Below, one piece after another: positions 9,685-19,148 of a stretch of DNA of 64,000 nucleotides. The notes under the pieces were generated by a model, which saw only the letters and a program-made list of their open reading frames with translations, had not been told where the DNA came from and did not search any database. The DNA comes from an uncultured Candidatus Rokubacteria bacterium (lineage in GTDB: Bacteria > Methylomirabilota > Methylomirabilia > Rokubacteriales > DASRDR01). How positions within the stretch are numbered: position 1 is the first letter of the stretch; the number at the start of each line of letters is the position of its first letter. Location of the stretch: contig CAWGVS010000005.1 in assembly GCA_963826115.1 (NCBI GenBank), positions 1,760,001 to 1,824,000 of the forward strand, written 5' to 3'. Made by a program: the position numbers and the translations under genes.

Positions 9685-10062
9685 TCAGGGACAGGCGCGC
9701 GCCGTCGCCGAGAGCGGGCCCACCTTCGTGTTCGCCGTGGCCACGGCCTCGACGCACAGGTTTCCCATCCCCGGGAGCCCGCTGACCTGCTCGGTGAGCT
9801 CGACCGAGTCCGCGTTGTCGAGGCAGCGCTCCTCGACCCGGTGGCCGATGCCCTTGACGCAGATCCGGTCCACGGCCATGCGCTGGGCGCCGGCCTGGTC
9901 GGACGTCGTGAAGGCTCGGAAGGTGCTGGTCTGCTCGCCCATCGCGGTCTTGGTGTCGACCGTGACCTGGATCCACGCGGTCCCCTGAGCGTCCGCGGTC
10001 CCCGCCCACGCGAGGACCAACCCCGCCAGCCAGATTCCTCCTGTCGAACGCGCCCACGCCAT
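9685..10062 (-). CDS. Small secreted hypothetical protein (4 Cys, beta-rich)
   Basis: RBS GGAGG, signal peptide ending ADA-Q, high-GC3 codon usage. Confidence 0.65.
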   Translation of the reverse strand: MAWARSTGGIWLAGLVLAWAGTADAQGTAWIQVTVDTKTAMGEQTSTFRAFTTSDQAGAQRMAVDRICVKGIGHRVEERCLDNADSVELTEQVSGLPGMGNLCVEAVATANTKVGPLSATARACP

Positions 10063-10082
10063 GGCCTGCTTCCTCCCGCCGC

Positions 10083-11882
10083 TCAGCGGCTCTCGGTCGG
10101 CTCGTGGGCCAGGATGCCGGCCACCAGCCGCGTGATGTCGTCCACGTTGAAGGGTTTCGCCATCAGGTAATCGATCCCGCGCATCCGCGCCTCGCTGAAG
10201 TCGATCTGGTCGCCCCACCCCGTCACCAGCGCGATCGGCACCTTCGGCTGCGTAGCCCGAAGGCCCTTGGCGACCTCCCAGCCCGAGATCCCTGGCATCG
10301 AGAGGTCGACAAGGGCGAGGTCGAAGGGCGGGCCGTGGACGTGGGCGAGCGCCGCGGTGCCGTCCTCGCACGCGACCACCTCGTGCCCCTGCCCCGCGAG
10401 AACGTCCACCAGCACTTCGCGCACCGAGGGCTCGTCCTCGACCACCAGGATGCGCGCGCTGCGGCCCGCCCGCGGCGGCGGCAGCTCCGGCGGCGGCGGC
10501 GCCACCTCCGCGCCGACCGGGAGGCGCACCGTGAAGCGGCTCCCCTCGCCGGGACGGCTCCAGACCTCGATCTCACCTCCGTGGCGCGTCACGATGCCGT
10601 AGACGATGGACAGGCCGAGACCCGTCCCGTGCTCCGCCTTCGTGGTGAAGAAGGGCTCGAAGCACCGCTGGCGCACCGCCTCGCTCATGCCGACGCCGGT
10701 GTCGGCCACCACGCAGACCACGCGGTCGCCCTCGGCGCGGGTCGAGAACGTGAGGGTGCCCCCCTGCGGCATCGCGTCGAGGGCGTTGAACAGGAGGTTC
10801 AGGAACGTCTCGCGGAGCTCCGCCGGGTCGCCGGTCACCGGTGGCACCGGCGACAGGTCGAGCTTCATCGCGTAGGTCACGGCCCGCGCTTGCGCCTGGT
10901 CGCCCCAGCGCGGCCGGGTCGCCTCGACGACCTCGCGGACGACCTCGTTCACGTCCACGTGCTGCCAGGGGCGCGTGCGGCGCATCCGCGCGAACTCCTG
11001 GATGCGGCGGACCGTCTGGGCGCCGTCCTGGGCGACGTGCTCGATGATCTTGAGCTGGCGGCGCAGGTCGGGCGCGTCGATCTGGCGCTGCAGGAGCTGC
11101 GCGCGCCCGACCACCACCGCGAGGACGTTGTTGAAGTCGTGCGCGACGCCGCCCGCCATCTCGCCCAGCGCGCGGAGCCGCTCGGTCCGGATGATCCGCT
11201 GCTGGGACTCCTCCACCGTGGCGAGAGCGGCGCGAAGCTCGGCGTAGAGCCGGCTGTTCTCGAGCGCCACCGCGCCCTGCGCGGCCAGAACGATCGCCAG
11301 GTCCTGGGAGCGCGCCGAGAAGGGGACGGCGTTCCGAGCGATGTCGTCCGACGACGCGAAGCGGCGAGCCCGCTCGGGGCGGCGGTTCATGAGCTGGAGC
11401 ACACCCGTAACCTCGCCCTTCGGGGTCTTCATCGGGACCACCAGCATCGACTTCGTGCGGTAGCCGGTCTCTCCGTCGAGGCCGCGGTCGACCGTGAACG
11501 CGGACCCGGGCGGCGGCGCGTAGGCGTCCGGCAGGTTGATGACCTCGCCACTGAGCGCCGCGTAGCCGGCGACGCTCTGGGGCCCGATCTGGAGCGCGTG
11601 CTCCTTGACCGCGACCGGGAGGCTGTCGTGCTGGACGAGCGCGGATCGGAGGCAGCGCGTGCCGCTCGCGTCGGTGTCGACCAGGTACAGGGAGCCGGCG
11701 TCGCTCCAGGTGATCTCGCGGGCGTTCGTGAGGATGAGATCCAGGAGCGCGTCGGTCTCCCGCTCGGCCGCGAGCCGGACGCCGATCCCGATCAGCTCGC
11801 GGAGCTCCCGCGTCGCGCGCGCCAGGTCGGCCTTGGTGCGCTCGTGGGCGCGTGATAGCTCCTCGAATCCGCTCCCGCTCAT
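10083..11882 (-). CDS. Hybrid sensor histidine kinase (GAF-HisKA-HATPase-REC)
   Basis: GAF (DAGSLY, GYRTKSMLVVPM), H-box HDFNN, N/G1/F/G2 boxes, receiver VVEDE..D..MP..KPF. Confidence 0.95.
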   Translation of the reverse strand: MSGSGFEELSRAHERTKADLARATRELRELIGIGVRLAAERETDALLDLILTNAREITWSDAGSLYLVDTDASGTRCLRSALVQHDSLPVAVKEHALQIGPQSVAGYAALSGEVINLPDAYAPPPGSAFTVDRGLDGETGYRTKSMLVVPMKTPKGEVTGVLQLMNRRPERARRFASSDDIARNAVPFSARSQDLAIVLAAQGAVALENSRLYAELRAALATVEESQQRIIRTERLRALGEMAGGVAHDFNNVLAVVVGRAQLLQRQIDAPDLRRQLKIIEHVAQDGAQTVRRIQEFARMRRTRPWQHVDVNEVVREVVEATRPRWGDQAQARAVTYAMKLDLSPVPPVTGDPAELRETFLNLLFNALDAMPQGGTLTFSTRAEGDRVVCVVADTGVGMSEAVRQRCFEPFFTTKAEHGTGLGLSIVYGIVTRHGGEIEVWSRPGEGSRFTVRLPVGAEVAPPPPELPPPRAGRSARILVVEDEPSVREVLVDVLAGQGHEVVACEDGTAALAHVHGPPFDLALVDLSMPGISGWEVAKGLRATQPKVPIALVTGWGDQIDFSEARMRGIDYLMAKPFNVDDITRLVAGILAHEPTESR

Positions 11883-11942
11883 CGCACTACGGTAGGGAGC
11901 CGACCATCATCCTGTCAACGGCCCCGCCCCGGCGCGCCGGGG

Positions 11943-12551
11943 TCATCGCCAGGCGAGGGCGGCGACGCCGAACGCGAACAGGACCAGGCCGGAGACGCGG
12001 TTGACCCAGCGCAGGGCGCCGAGGTCGAGGCGCGACCGGAGGGCGCCGACCACGCCGCTCAGGATGAGCCACCAGGCCGCGGAGCCCAGAAACACGCCGG
12101 CGACGAGCACCGTCGCCTCCCGCCAGCTCCCCGCCCCCGCGATCCCCAGGCCGGCGAAGACGGCAACGAAGGACAGGATGGTCGCGGGGTTCGCGAGCGT
12201 GAGCCCGAAGGTCGCCGTGAACGCGCCCAGGAGGCCGACTCCGCCCGCGCGCGCGGCCTGCTCGGCCGGTCGGGCGAAGAACGTGCGCAGGCCGAGGTAG
12301 CACAGGAACAGCCCGCCCACGAGGCGGAGGATCCCCTGCTGTCGGACCAGGAGGGCGGAGACGGCGGTCAGACCGAAGCCGGCGACGGCCCCGTAGACCG
12401 CGTCCGCCGCCGCGGCGCCGAGCCCCACCGCCAGACCCGTCACCCGGCCGTCGGCGAGCGTGCGACGGATGCACAGGACGCCGATCGGGCCCACGGGCGC
12501 CGCGATCGAGAATCCGATGACGAGGCCGCGCACGAGCGTGTCGACGCCCAT
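11943..12551 (-). CDS. LysE/RhtB-family translocator
   Basis: IAAPVGP, G...GLGAA.AD and LTLANP motifs; about 6 TM segments. Confidence 0.9.
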   Translation of the reverse strand: MGVDTLVRGLVIGFSIAAPVGPIGVLCIRRTLADGRVTGLAVGLGAAAADAVYGAVAGFGLTAVSALLVRQQGILRLVGGLFLCYLGLRTFFARPAEQAARAGGVGLLGAFTATFGLTLANPATILSFVAVFAGLGIAGAGSWREATVLVAGVFLGSAAWWLILSGVVGALRSRLDLGALRWVNRVSGLVLFAFGVAALAWR

Positions 12552-12558
12552 CGGCGGC

Positions 12559-12954
12559 TCAGGCGGCCGCGCCGACGGTCGGCGTGATCCGGATGAGGAC
12601 GCTCCGGCGGTCCGCGAGGCGCCGCCGGATGAAGTGCCCCATGAACAGGGGGACGAGGAGCCAGTACTTCCGGCGGTACGCGCGAAGGAGCGCGCTCTCG
12701 ATCTCGGGATGCTCGTCCATCCACTCCGCCCGACCCTCGAAGCGCGGCCCGTCCTTCGTGCCGACGCGGACGGTCACGCGGCCCGTCTCGAGGATCCGGC
12801 GCGCCTTCAGGCTCTGTCGCTCCGTCGTGAAGTACGCGGCGGTTCCGTCGTACCAGCACCAGATCGGCACGGTGCCCGACCGGCCGGACGCGCCGTAGGT
12901 CGTCACGTAGAGGTAGTTCGCGCGGCGGAGGGCCGCGTCGAGGGTCGGATCCAT
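12559..12954 (-). CDS. Split-barrel flavin/F420-binding protein (PPOX/DDN-like)
   Basis: YLYVTTYG.SG....VPIW, S.KARRI, RKY motifs. Confidence 0.7.
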   Translation of the reverse strand: MDPTLDAALRRANYLYVTTYGASGRSGTVPIWCWYDGTAAYFTTERQSLKARRILETGRVTVRVGTKDGPRFEGRAEWMDEHPEIESALLRAYRRKYWLLVPLFMGHFIRRRLADRRSVLIRITPTVGAAA

Positions 12955-12981
12955 GCGAGAATTCTACGGCAGGAGACCACG

Positions 12982-14016
12982 ATGAGCGAGACCAGCGGCG
13001 CGCCGGGGCGTTCCAGGACGAGAGCCCCGCTCCGCCTGCCCCACGCGACCGGCGTCGAGCGAGCGCGGGCGGCGCTCCGCGCCCACCTCCCCGAGACGCC
13101 GCTCGTCCGCTCGGAGCTTCTCTCCCGCGCGCTCGACGCCGAGGTCTGGCTCAAGAACGAGACGGTGAGCCCGATCGCGTCCTTCAAGCTGCGGGGCGCT
13201 CTCACCGCGCTCCTTCGGGCGCGCGAGACCCGGGGCGCCGTGGACGCGGTGACCTCGTCGACGGGCAACCACGGACAAGGCGTGGCGTACGCCGCGCGGG
13301 CCACGGGAGTCGCAGCCCACGTCTTCCTCCCGGTGGGCGCCAATCCCGTCAAGCGGCGCATGATCGAGGCGCTTGGCGCGACGATCCACGAAGGCGGCGC
13401 CGACCTGGACGAGGCCAAGAACGACGCCCAGAGCTTCTGCGAGGCGCGAGGCCTCCTCTTCGTCGACGACGGCGAGAGCCTCGACGTCATGGAGGGCGCG
13501 GGGACCGTCGGCCTGGAGGTCGCTGAGCGCCTCCAGGACGTGGACGTCTTCTTCGTGCCGATGGGCAGCGGCACGCTGGCGGTCGGCTGCGCGGTCGGGC
13601 TCAAGAGCCTCCAGTCTCGGGCGCGCGTCGTGGCGGTCCAGTCGTCCGGCTCCCCGGCCATGGTCGAGAGCTTCCGCGCCCACCGCGCGATCGAGCGCCC
13701 CATCGACACGGTGGCCGACGGGCTCGTGTGCCGCGTCCCGGCGCGTCTCGCGCTCGAGGGCCTGTGGACCTGGGTGGACGACGCCGTCACCGTGCCCGAC
13801 GCGACCATGCTCCGGGCCATGCGTGCCCTCGTCGAGCACGGCCACGTCCTCGTCGAGCCGGCGGGCGCCGCCGCGCTGGCCGCCGCCTGGGCGCATCGCG
13901 CCGACCTGCGTGGGCGGCGCGTGGTCCTGGTGCTGACCGGCGCCAACGTGACGATGCCGCTCCTCGAGCAGGCGCTCGCGAGCCCGCCTCTCTTCGATCC
14001 CGCCGGGCCCGCCTGA
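12982..14016 (+). CDS. PLP-dependent threonine/serine dehydratase-family enzyme
   Basis: SFKLRGA (PLP Lys), SSTGNHGQG, VPMGSGTL, EPAGAA, TGAN; RBS AGGAG before ATG 12982. Confidence 0.9.
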   Translation: MSETSGAPGRSRTRAPLRLPHATGVERARAALRAHLPETPLVRSELLSRALDAEVWLKNETVSPIASFKLRGALTALLRARETRGAVDAVTSSTGNHGQGVAYAARATGVAAHVFLPVGANPVKRRMIEALGATIHEGGADLDEAKNDAQSFCEARGLLFVDDGESLDVMEGAGTVGLEVAERLQDVDVFFVPMGSGTLAVGCAVGLKSLQSRARVVAVQSSGSPAMVESFRAHRAIERPIDTVADGLVCRVPARLALEGLWTWVDDAVTVPDATMLRAMRALVEHGHVLVEPAGAAALAAAWAHRADLRGRRVVLVLTGANVTMPLLEQALASPPLFDPAGPA

Positions 14017-14037
14017 GCGCGGATCTCGCCGGCGCCG

Positions 14038-14730
14038 TCAGGCGCCAGGCTTCCGGCAGACGTACAGGACGTGCGGGTACGGGAGGACGTCCACCATCGC
14101 GTGCCGGGCCACGCGGAACCCCGTTTCCTCGAGCGCCGCCTGGAGCGCGTCGGCCGCCCAGTAGTGCGGAGGGCTCCCCGGGCTCACCAGAAGGTCGAGC
14201 GCGTGGGTGAACCAGCGCTTGTACGCCGGCCGCGAGTCCACGTCCTTCACGAGGAGGCGGCCGCCGGGCGACAGCGCGGCATGCAGCTCGCCGAGCAGCG
14301 GCCGGACCGCGGCCGGCTCGACGTGGTGGACGATGTCCAGCATGTAGGCGCCCGCGTACTCGCGGCGCGCGCGGAAGTCCCGCGCGTCGCCGACCGCGTA
14401 CTGGACGTTGCCGAGCCCTAGGCGCCGGCCTGCCTCCCGCGCGAGGCCGACGCGGCGCGCGTCCAGGTCGAGACCGTGGAAGCTCACGCGCGGCAGGAGC
14501 TGGGCGTAGTAGAGGGAGAAGAGGCCGAAGCCGCACCCGACGTCCAGCACGTCGCCGGACGGCGGCAGGTACTGGCCGATCTCGTCGAGGAAGCGCTGCC
14601 GGAGGATCAGGAAGCGCGCCCGCGAGTAGGTGCGGATCACCCAGTCGTCGTAGGCGTCGACGACTCGGGCGATCGCGTCGCGACCTTCCCTACCGGGCCG
14701 GTGCCCGGCCGACGTAGAGCCGGTAGCCAT
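14038..14730 (-). CDS. Class I SAM-dependent methyltransferase
   Basis: VLDVGCGFG, GLDLD, D..HH and L.PGG.L motifs. Start uncertain because it overlaps the upstream gene. Confidence 0.88.
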   Translation of the reverse strand: MATGSTSAGHRPGREGRDAIARVVDAYDDWVIRTYSRARFLILRQRFLDEIGQYLPPSGDVLDVGCGFGLFSLYYAQLLPRVSFHGLDLDARRVGLAREAGRRLGLGNVQYAVGDARDFRARREYAGAYMLDIVHHVEPAAVRPLLGELHAALSPGGRLLVKDVDSRPAYKRWFTHALDLLVSPGSPPHYWAADALQAALEETGFRVARHAMVDVLPYPHVLYVCRKPGA

Positions 14731-16219
14731 CCCCCTCCTCCGCGAGACGGTAGCCGTCCAGGAGCCAGCGCCGGAGCTCGGGGAAGCCGTCCAGGCGCTC
14801 GTAGCCCCCCGCCGGCCATCCCACCTCGAACAGCGCGACGGCCGCCGGCGGGCGCGCCCGCAGCGCGTCCATCAGCTCGGCGCGCAGGCGCTGCACGTAA
14901 GGATGACCCACGTCGTGGTAGAAGTGGAAGTCGTAGATGAACCGGCTCGGCTCCCGGGCGCGGGCCATGAGGAGCGCGTGCACCCCGCCCTCCGCGGTGT
15001 CCAGGACCTGGACCGTTCCCCCGGCCGCGATGAGCGGCCGGAGCGCGTCCGTCAGGCGCTCGACGCGCGCGAGCTTCGTGGCGATCCACTCGGGATCGAG
15101 ATTGCGGTGCCCCTTCGACCAGAGTGGCCCCGCGGTCCCGGCCAGGGCCAGGACCAGCGCGAGGGTCAACGCCCGGCGCCGATCCTTCACGGCGGCGCCG
15201 AGCCCGGCGCCGCCGAGCGCGGTCGCGAAGAGCGCCAGTGGGTAGAGGTGGTACTCCCATCCGCGTCCCTGCGCCCAGAAGTGCGCCGCCCCGTACGCGA
15301 GGCCGACGCCGAGGACGCCGAGGGCCGGCCACCGGCGCCCGCGGACGAGCGCGACGATCCCGAGCGCCGACCAGGCCGCCAGGCCGACCAGGACGCCTCG
15401 CCCGTAGTCGCGCGCCGCGATCTCGTGGAGGAGGTCGTTCCGCCCCACCCGGCTGTAGAGCGGGATCAGGTAGCGGAGCGTGATGTCCGCGAAGGCGCCG
15501 AGGCCGCCGGTCCACGCGAGCCAGGCGAGCGTCGCCAGGCCGGGCAGCGCCACGCCGAGGACGACCACGCCGACCGCGCGTGCCCGGGACGGCCCGCGGT
15601 GCGCCCACCACGTCCACGCGACGAGGACCAACGCCGCCACGCCGGCGTGAGGTTTGACCCACGCGCCGGCCCCGAGGGACAGCGCCGCGACGGCAAGCCA
15701 TCGCGTTCGCGCGGGATCGGCCGACCGGGCGGCAGCGAGGATCCCCGCCGCGCCCCACGCGAGGCACACGCAGAGCAGGAGGTCGCGCTGGCCGGCGAGC
15801 CACGGGCCGCCCGCCAGGTGATACAGGGAGAAGAGCGCCGCCGCGGCGAGGCCCCCCGGCCCGCGCAGCGCACACGCCAGCCCGGCTCCGATGGCCAGGA
15901 GCATCGTGAGGTCGAACGCGCGAAACGCCGCCGCGCCCGGCCCCAGCGTGAGGAGGAGCAGCAGGTGCGCCAGGTAGGCGCCGGGGAAGTTCATGTCGAA
16001 CAGGTCGCGATACGGCGTGGCGCCATCGAGGATGCGCCACGCCACGTAGTGCATGATCGGGGCGTCGTGGGCGAGCGGCCAGCCGCGCGAGAGCCACACG
16101 AGCCGAAGGACGCCGAGGGCGACCAGAACTCCCGCCGAGCCGGCGACCGCCGCGAGCCCTCGGGCTCGGCGGGGGACTGAGGCGACGGGCACGGGGGGAC
16201 GGGCGGGCTTCGTGAACAC
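14690..16219 (-). CDS. GT-C-type (ArnT/PMT-like) multi-pass membrane glycosyltransferase
   Basis: HD...Y.AW.I..G..PYRDLFD.NFPG loop after TM1; many TMs; soluble C-terminal domain. Confidence 0.7.
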   Translation of the reverse strand: MFTKPARPPVPVASVPRRARGLAAVAGSAGVLVALGVLRLVWLSRGWPLAHDAPIMHYVAWRILDGATPYRDLFDMNFPGAYLAHLLLLLTLGPGAAAFRAFDLTMLLAIGAGLACALRGPGGLAAAALFSLYHLAGGPWLAGQRDLLLCVCLAWGAAGILAAARSADPARTRWLAVAALSLGAGAWVKPHAGVAALVLVAWTWWAHRGPSRARAVGVVVLGVALPGLATLAWLAWTGGLGAFADITLRYLIPLYSRVGRNDLLHEIAARDYGRGVLVGLAAWSALGIVALVRGRRWPALGVLGVGLAYGAAHFWAQGRGWEYHLYPLALFATALGGAGLGAAVKDRRRALTLALVLALAGTAGPLWSKGHRNLDPEWIATKLARVERLTDALRPLIAAGGTVQVLDTAEGGVHALLMARAREPSRFIYDFHFYHDVGHPYVQRLRAELMDALRARPPAAVALFEVGWPAGGYERLDGFPELRRWLLDGYRLAEEGDGYRLYVGRAPAR

Positions 16220-16348
16220 CGTGTCGGGGCGCCCCCGGAGAGCGGCGCGGAGGGAGTGTGGCGCTGCCTCCGGCAGGTGTCAAGCGACGCGCCCGGGACG
16301 ACGGCCAGACGGTGGGCAGGGCCCTCGCGTTGTGAGAGGGTAAGGCCC

Positions 16349-17116
16349 ATGGCGACCATCGTGTGGCTCAAGCTCCTGCTGGCGCCGCTCCTGATCCTCG
16401 TCGCCACGCTGGCCGGGCGCCGGTGGGGGCCCGCGGTCGGCGGATGGCTCGCGGGGCTCCCGCTGACCTCGGGCCCCGTGTCCTTCATCCTCGCGCTCGA
16501 GGAGGGTCCCGACTTCGCCGCGCGCGCGGCGCTCGGCACGCTGTTCGGCCTGATCTCGCTCGCCGCGTTCTCCTTCGCCTACGGGATCGCGGCGAGGCGA
16601 ACGGGATGGCTCGGCTGCCTGGGCGCGGCCATGGGCGCGTTCGCGCTGTCGACGGTAGTGTTCCACGGCGTGACGCTCCCGCTCTGGGGCGCGTTCGTCC
16701 TCGTGTGGGCGGTCCTTGCCGGCGTCGGCGCCGCCATGGCCGGCGACGAGCGGCCGCGTCCCCCTCGCCGGCTCGTCCCGGGAGATCTGGCGATGCGCAT
16801 GGGGCTGGCCGCCCTGCTGGTCCTCGTCCTGACCTCGATTGCCACGGCGCTCGGGCCCCGGCTCGCGGGGAGCCTCACGCCCATCCCGGTGTTCGGGGCG
16901 CTCCTCGCCGTCTTCGCGCATCGCGACCAGGGACCCGGCGCCGCGGTGCAGCTCCTCCGCGGCATGGTGCTGGGCTCCTTCGGCTTCGCGACCTTCATGC
17001 TGCTCGTGGGAAGCCTCCTCGATCGCCTCGCGGTGCCGCCGACCTATGCGCTCGCCTCGGCCGGCGCGCTCGGCGTCCACGGGCTCACGCTCGCCGTCGT
17101 CCGGCGCGTGATCTGA
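16349..17116 (+). CDS. Conserved multi-pass membrane protein of unknown function
   Basis: About 8 TMs; two-fold internal repeat (RRWGPAVGGWLAGLP / LGPRLAGSLTPIP). Confidence 0.75.
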   Translation: MATIVWLKLLLAPLLILVATLAGRRWGPAVGGWLAGLPLTSGPVSFILALEEGPDFAARAALGTLFGLISLAAFSFAYGIAARRTGWLGCLGAAMGAFALSTVVFHGVTLPLWGAFVLVWAVLAGVGAAMAGDERPRPPRRLVPGDLAMRMGLAALLVLVLTSIATALGPRLAGSLTPIPVFGALLAVFAHRDQGPGAAVQLLRGMVLGSFGFATFMLLVGSLLDRLAVPPTYALASAGALGVHGLTLAVVRRVI

Positions 17117-17125
17117 TCGCCGAGG

Positions 17126-17614
17126 TTGCGTGCCGTGACCGTTTCGGCCTCGCTCCTCGCGCGCCTCGACACCCAGCTCGATGCGCTCGACCTCGTCCTC
17201 GGACTGGCGAACGAGGAGGCCCTGGATCGGCGGCCACGGCCCGACGAGTGGTCCGCGCGGGAGAACCTCGCTCACCTGGCCCGTCACCACGCGGTCTTTC
17301 TCGACCGCCTGCGACGGCTCCTGACGGAGGACCGCCCGTCTCTCGGCCGCTATCGCGCCGAGGAGGACCCGGAGTGGCCCGCGTGGGCAGCGCTCCCCCG
17401 GGCCGAGCTACTCGGCCGGCTCCGGGCGCTCCGCGCGGAGCTCTGCCGCCTGGTGCGCGAGCTGTCCGCGGCCGATTGCGCGCGCACGGGCCTCCACCCG
17501 ACGTTCGGCGAGATGAACGTGGCCGGATGGCTCCAGTTCTTCCTGCTCCACGAGGCCCACCACCTCTACACGGCCCTCGTACGCGTGGGCGAGGCGCGGC
17601 GGCGGGAGCGCTAG
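17126..17614 (+). CDS. DinB-family protein
   Basis: WSARENLAHLA, G.HP.FG and HEAHH His triad. Confidence 0.85.
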   Translation: MRAVTVSASLLARLDTQLDALDLVLGLANEEALDRRPRPDEWSARENLAHLARHHAVFLDRLRRLLTEDRPSLGRYRAEEDPEWPAWAALPRAELLGRLRALRAELCRLVRELSAADCARTGLHPTFGEMNVAGWLQFFLLHEAHHLYTALVRVGEARRRER

Positions 17615-17642
17615 ACCCGGACGACTCCCGAGGGCCAGCCCG

Positions 17643-18212
17643 TCAGGGCGTGGTGTGGCCACCGTGGCCCGAGTGGCCGGCGGGAGCCGGAGGTGACGCG
17701 GTCGACGGCACCGCCGCGGTCGGCGGCCGGAGCTGGCGGAGGTAGGCGACGAGGTCGATCGCCTCCTGCACGGTCAAGGACTCGCCGTACGACGGCATCT
17801 TGGAGGACCCGTCCGCCGCGGCGTAGCCTCGGTTCCGCTCGACCACCGCGCTCGGGTTGATGATCGACTCCGCGAAGAACTCAGGCGGGTGGAGCGGTCC
17901 CATCTGTGAGAGCTCGGGGCCCGCGCGCCCCGGGTCGTTCGGCGCCGGGAACCCCTCGCCACGCACCTCGTGACAGCCGTAGCACTCGAGCTTCCGGAAC
18001 ACTTCGCGGCCCTTCGCCGGATCGCCCTTGGGCAGCGTGAATCGCCATCCCTTCGGAGTGCCGTGCACGTGGGGCGGCGCGGGCGACGCCGGGCGGGCGG
18101 GCCCGGACGGAGCCGACTGCGCGTCGGCCTGGCGGATCAGGTATGCGGCGGTCGCGCCGACCGCCAGCCCGGCCAGCGCCACGGCGATCGCGAGTGGCCG
18201 CGCGAGGGCCAT
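17643..18212 (-). CDS. Periplasmic monoheme c-type cytochrome (SoxX-like)
   Basis: Signal peptide, GDPAKGREVF, CYGCH, GPELS, ESIINPS, SKMP; His-rich tail. Confidence 0.85.
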   Translation of the reverse strand: MALARPLAIAVALAGLAVGATAAYLIRQADAQSAPSGPARPASPAPPHVHGTPKGWRFTLPKGDPAKGREVFRKLECYGCHEVRGEGFPAPNDPGRAGPELSQMGPLHPPEFFAESIINPSAVVERNRGYAAADGSSKMPSYGESLTVQEAIDLVAYLRQLRPPTAAVPSTASPPAPAGHSGHGGHTTP

Positions 18213-18249
18213 GCGACCGATTGTACCCGATGCGTCGAGAGCGGCCGGC

Positions 18250-19047
18250 TCAGAACCAGCCCGGGTCGTGCGGCAGGAGGATCCGCTCGCCGCCCTGGTC
18301 ACGCACGATGCGCGGACGGATCGCCGGGATCGTCCGGCCGCGCGCGGCCCCGAGGAGCGCCTCGACGTCGCGGTGGTCCGCGAGCGACGCGAGGATCCGC
18401 TGGGTGGGGAGCGGCAGCACGAGCTCGTGGCTCCGGTGGCGGGCCAGCGCGTCGTCCGGGCGGATCCAGCGTGCGGCCACCATCTCCGACCCGTCGGGCT
18501 CGGCGGTCTGGTCGGGGCAGGCCGCGACGAAGAAGCGCGTGTCGTATCGGATCGGCCGCTCCTCCGGCGTGATCCAGTGCGCCCAGTAGGCGGTCCGATC
18601 CATCGCCAGTGCGAGCTCGTGCTCACCGAGGAGCCGGGCGAAGGCCGCACTCTCCGCACGGCAGCGGGCGCGCTGGGCCTGGACGTCGCCGAGGCTCGCC
18701 AGGTCCAGCGGGCGTCCGTCCGGTCCGTACGCGAGCAGGATCCCCGCTTCCTCGAACGCCTCGCGAAAGGCGGCCACCCAGAAACCGATCGCGCGCTCCA
18801 GGGGCTGGACGTCGGAGAGCTGCGCCGCCGCCGCCGACCGCGTGAGCCCCCGGCAGCGCGCCTCGATCCCGGGCGCCGCGTCCGCCGGCTCGACGCGGCC
18901 CCCGGGAAAGGCGAAGGCGCCGGGCGAGAACCGGCTGGCGGGGTGTCGCTGGAGGAGCAGGATCTCGACGTGGCCCGACGCGTCGCGCGCGAGGATCACG
19001 GACGCCGCCTCGCGAGGCGTGGGCGCGCGAGCGGAAGCGTCCTGCAC
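18250..19047 (-). CDS. NUDIX hydrolase (NUDT19-like)
   Basis: FPGGRVE, AAFREAFEEAG and WITP...RYDTRFF motifs. Confidence 0.9.
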   Translation of the reverse strand: MQDASARAPTPREAASVILARDASGHVEILLLQRHPASRFSPGAFAFPGGRVEPADAAPGIEARCRGLTRSAAAAQLSDVQPLERAIGFWVAAFREAFEEAGILLAYGPDGRPLDLASLGDVQAQRARCRAESAAFARLLGEHELALAMDRTAYWAHWITPEERPIRYDTRFFVAACPDQTAEPDGSEMVAARWIRPDDALARHRSHELVLPLPTQRILASLADHRDVEALLGAARGRTIPAIRPRIVRDQGGERILLPHDPGWF

Positions 19048-19148
19048 GGCGCGGTGGTACCACGGCGGTCCGGTGCCGTCAACGGCGCGAGCGCTACCCG
19101 CATCCGTCCGCACCGGTTCCTCCCGCGGACGGCGGGTAGAATGGCCGG

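Noticed and set aside
17643-18212. Sox sulfur-oxidation system
   Set aside because: Only a lone SoxX-like cytochrome; no soxA/Y/Z/B nearby.
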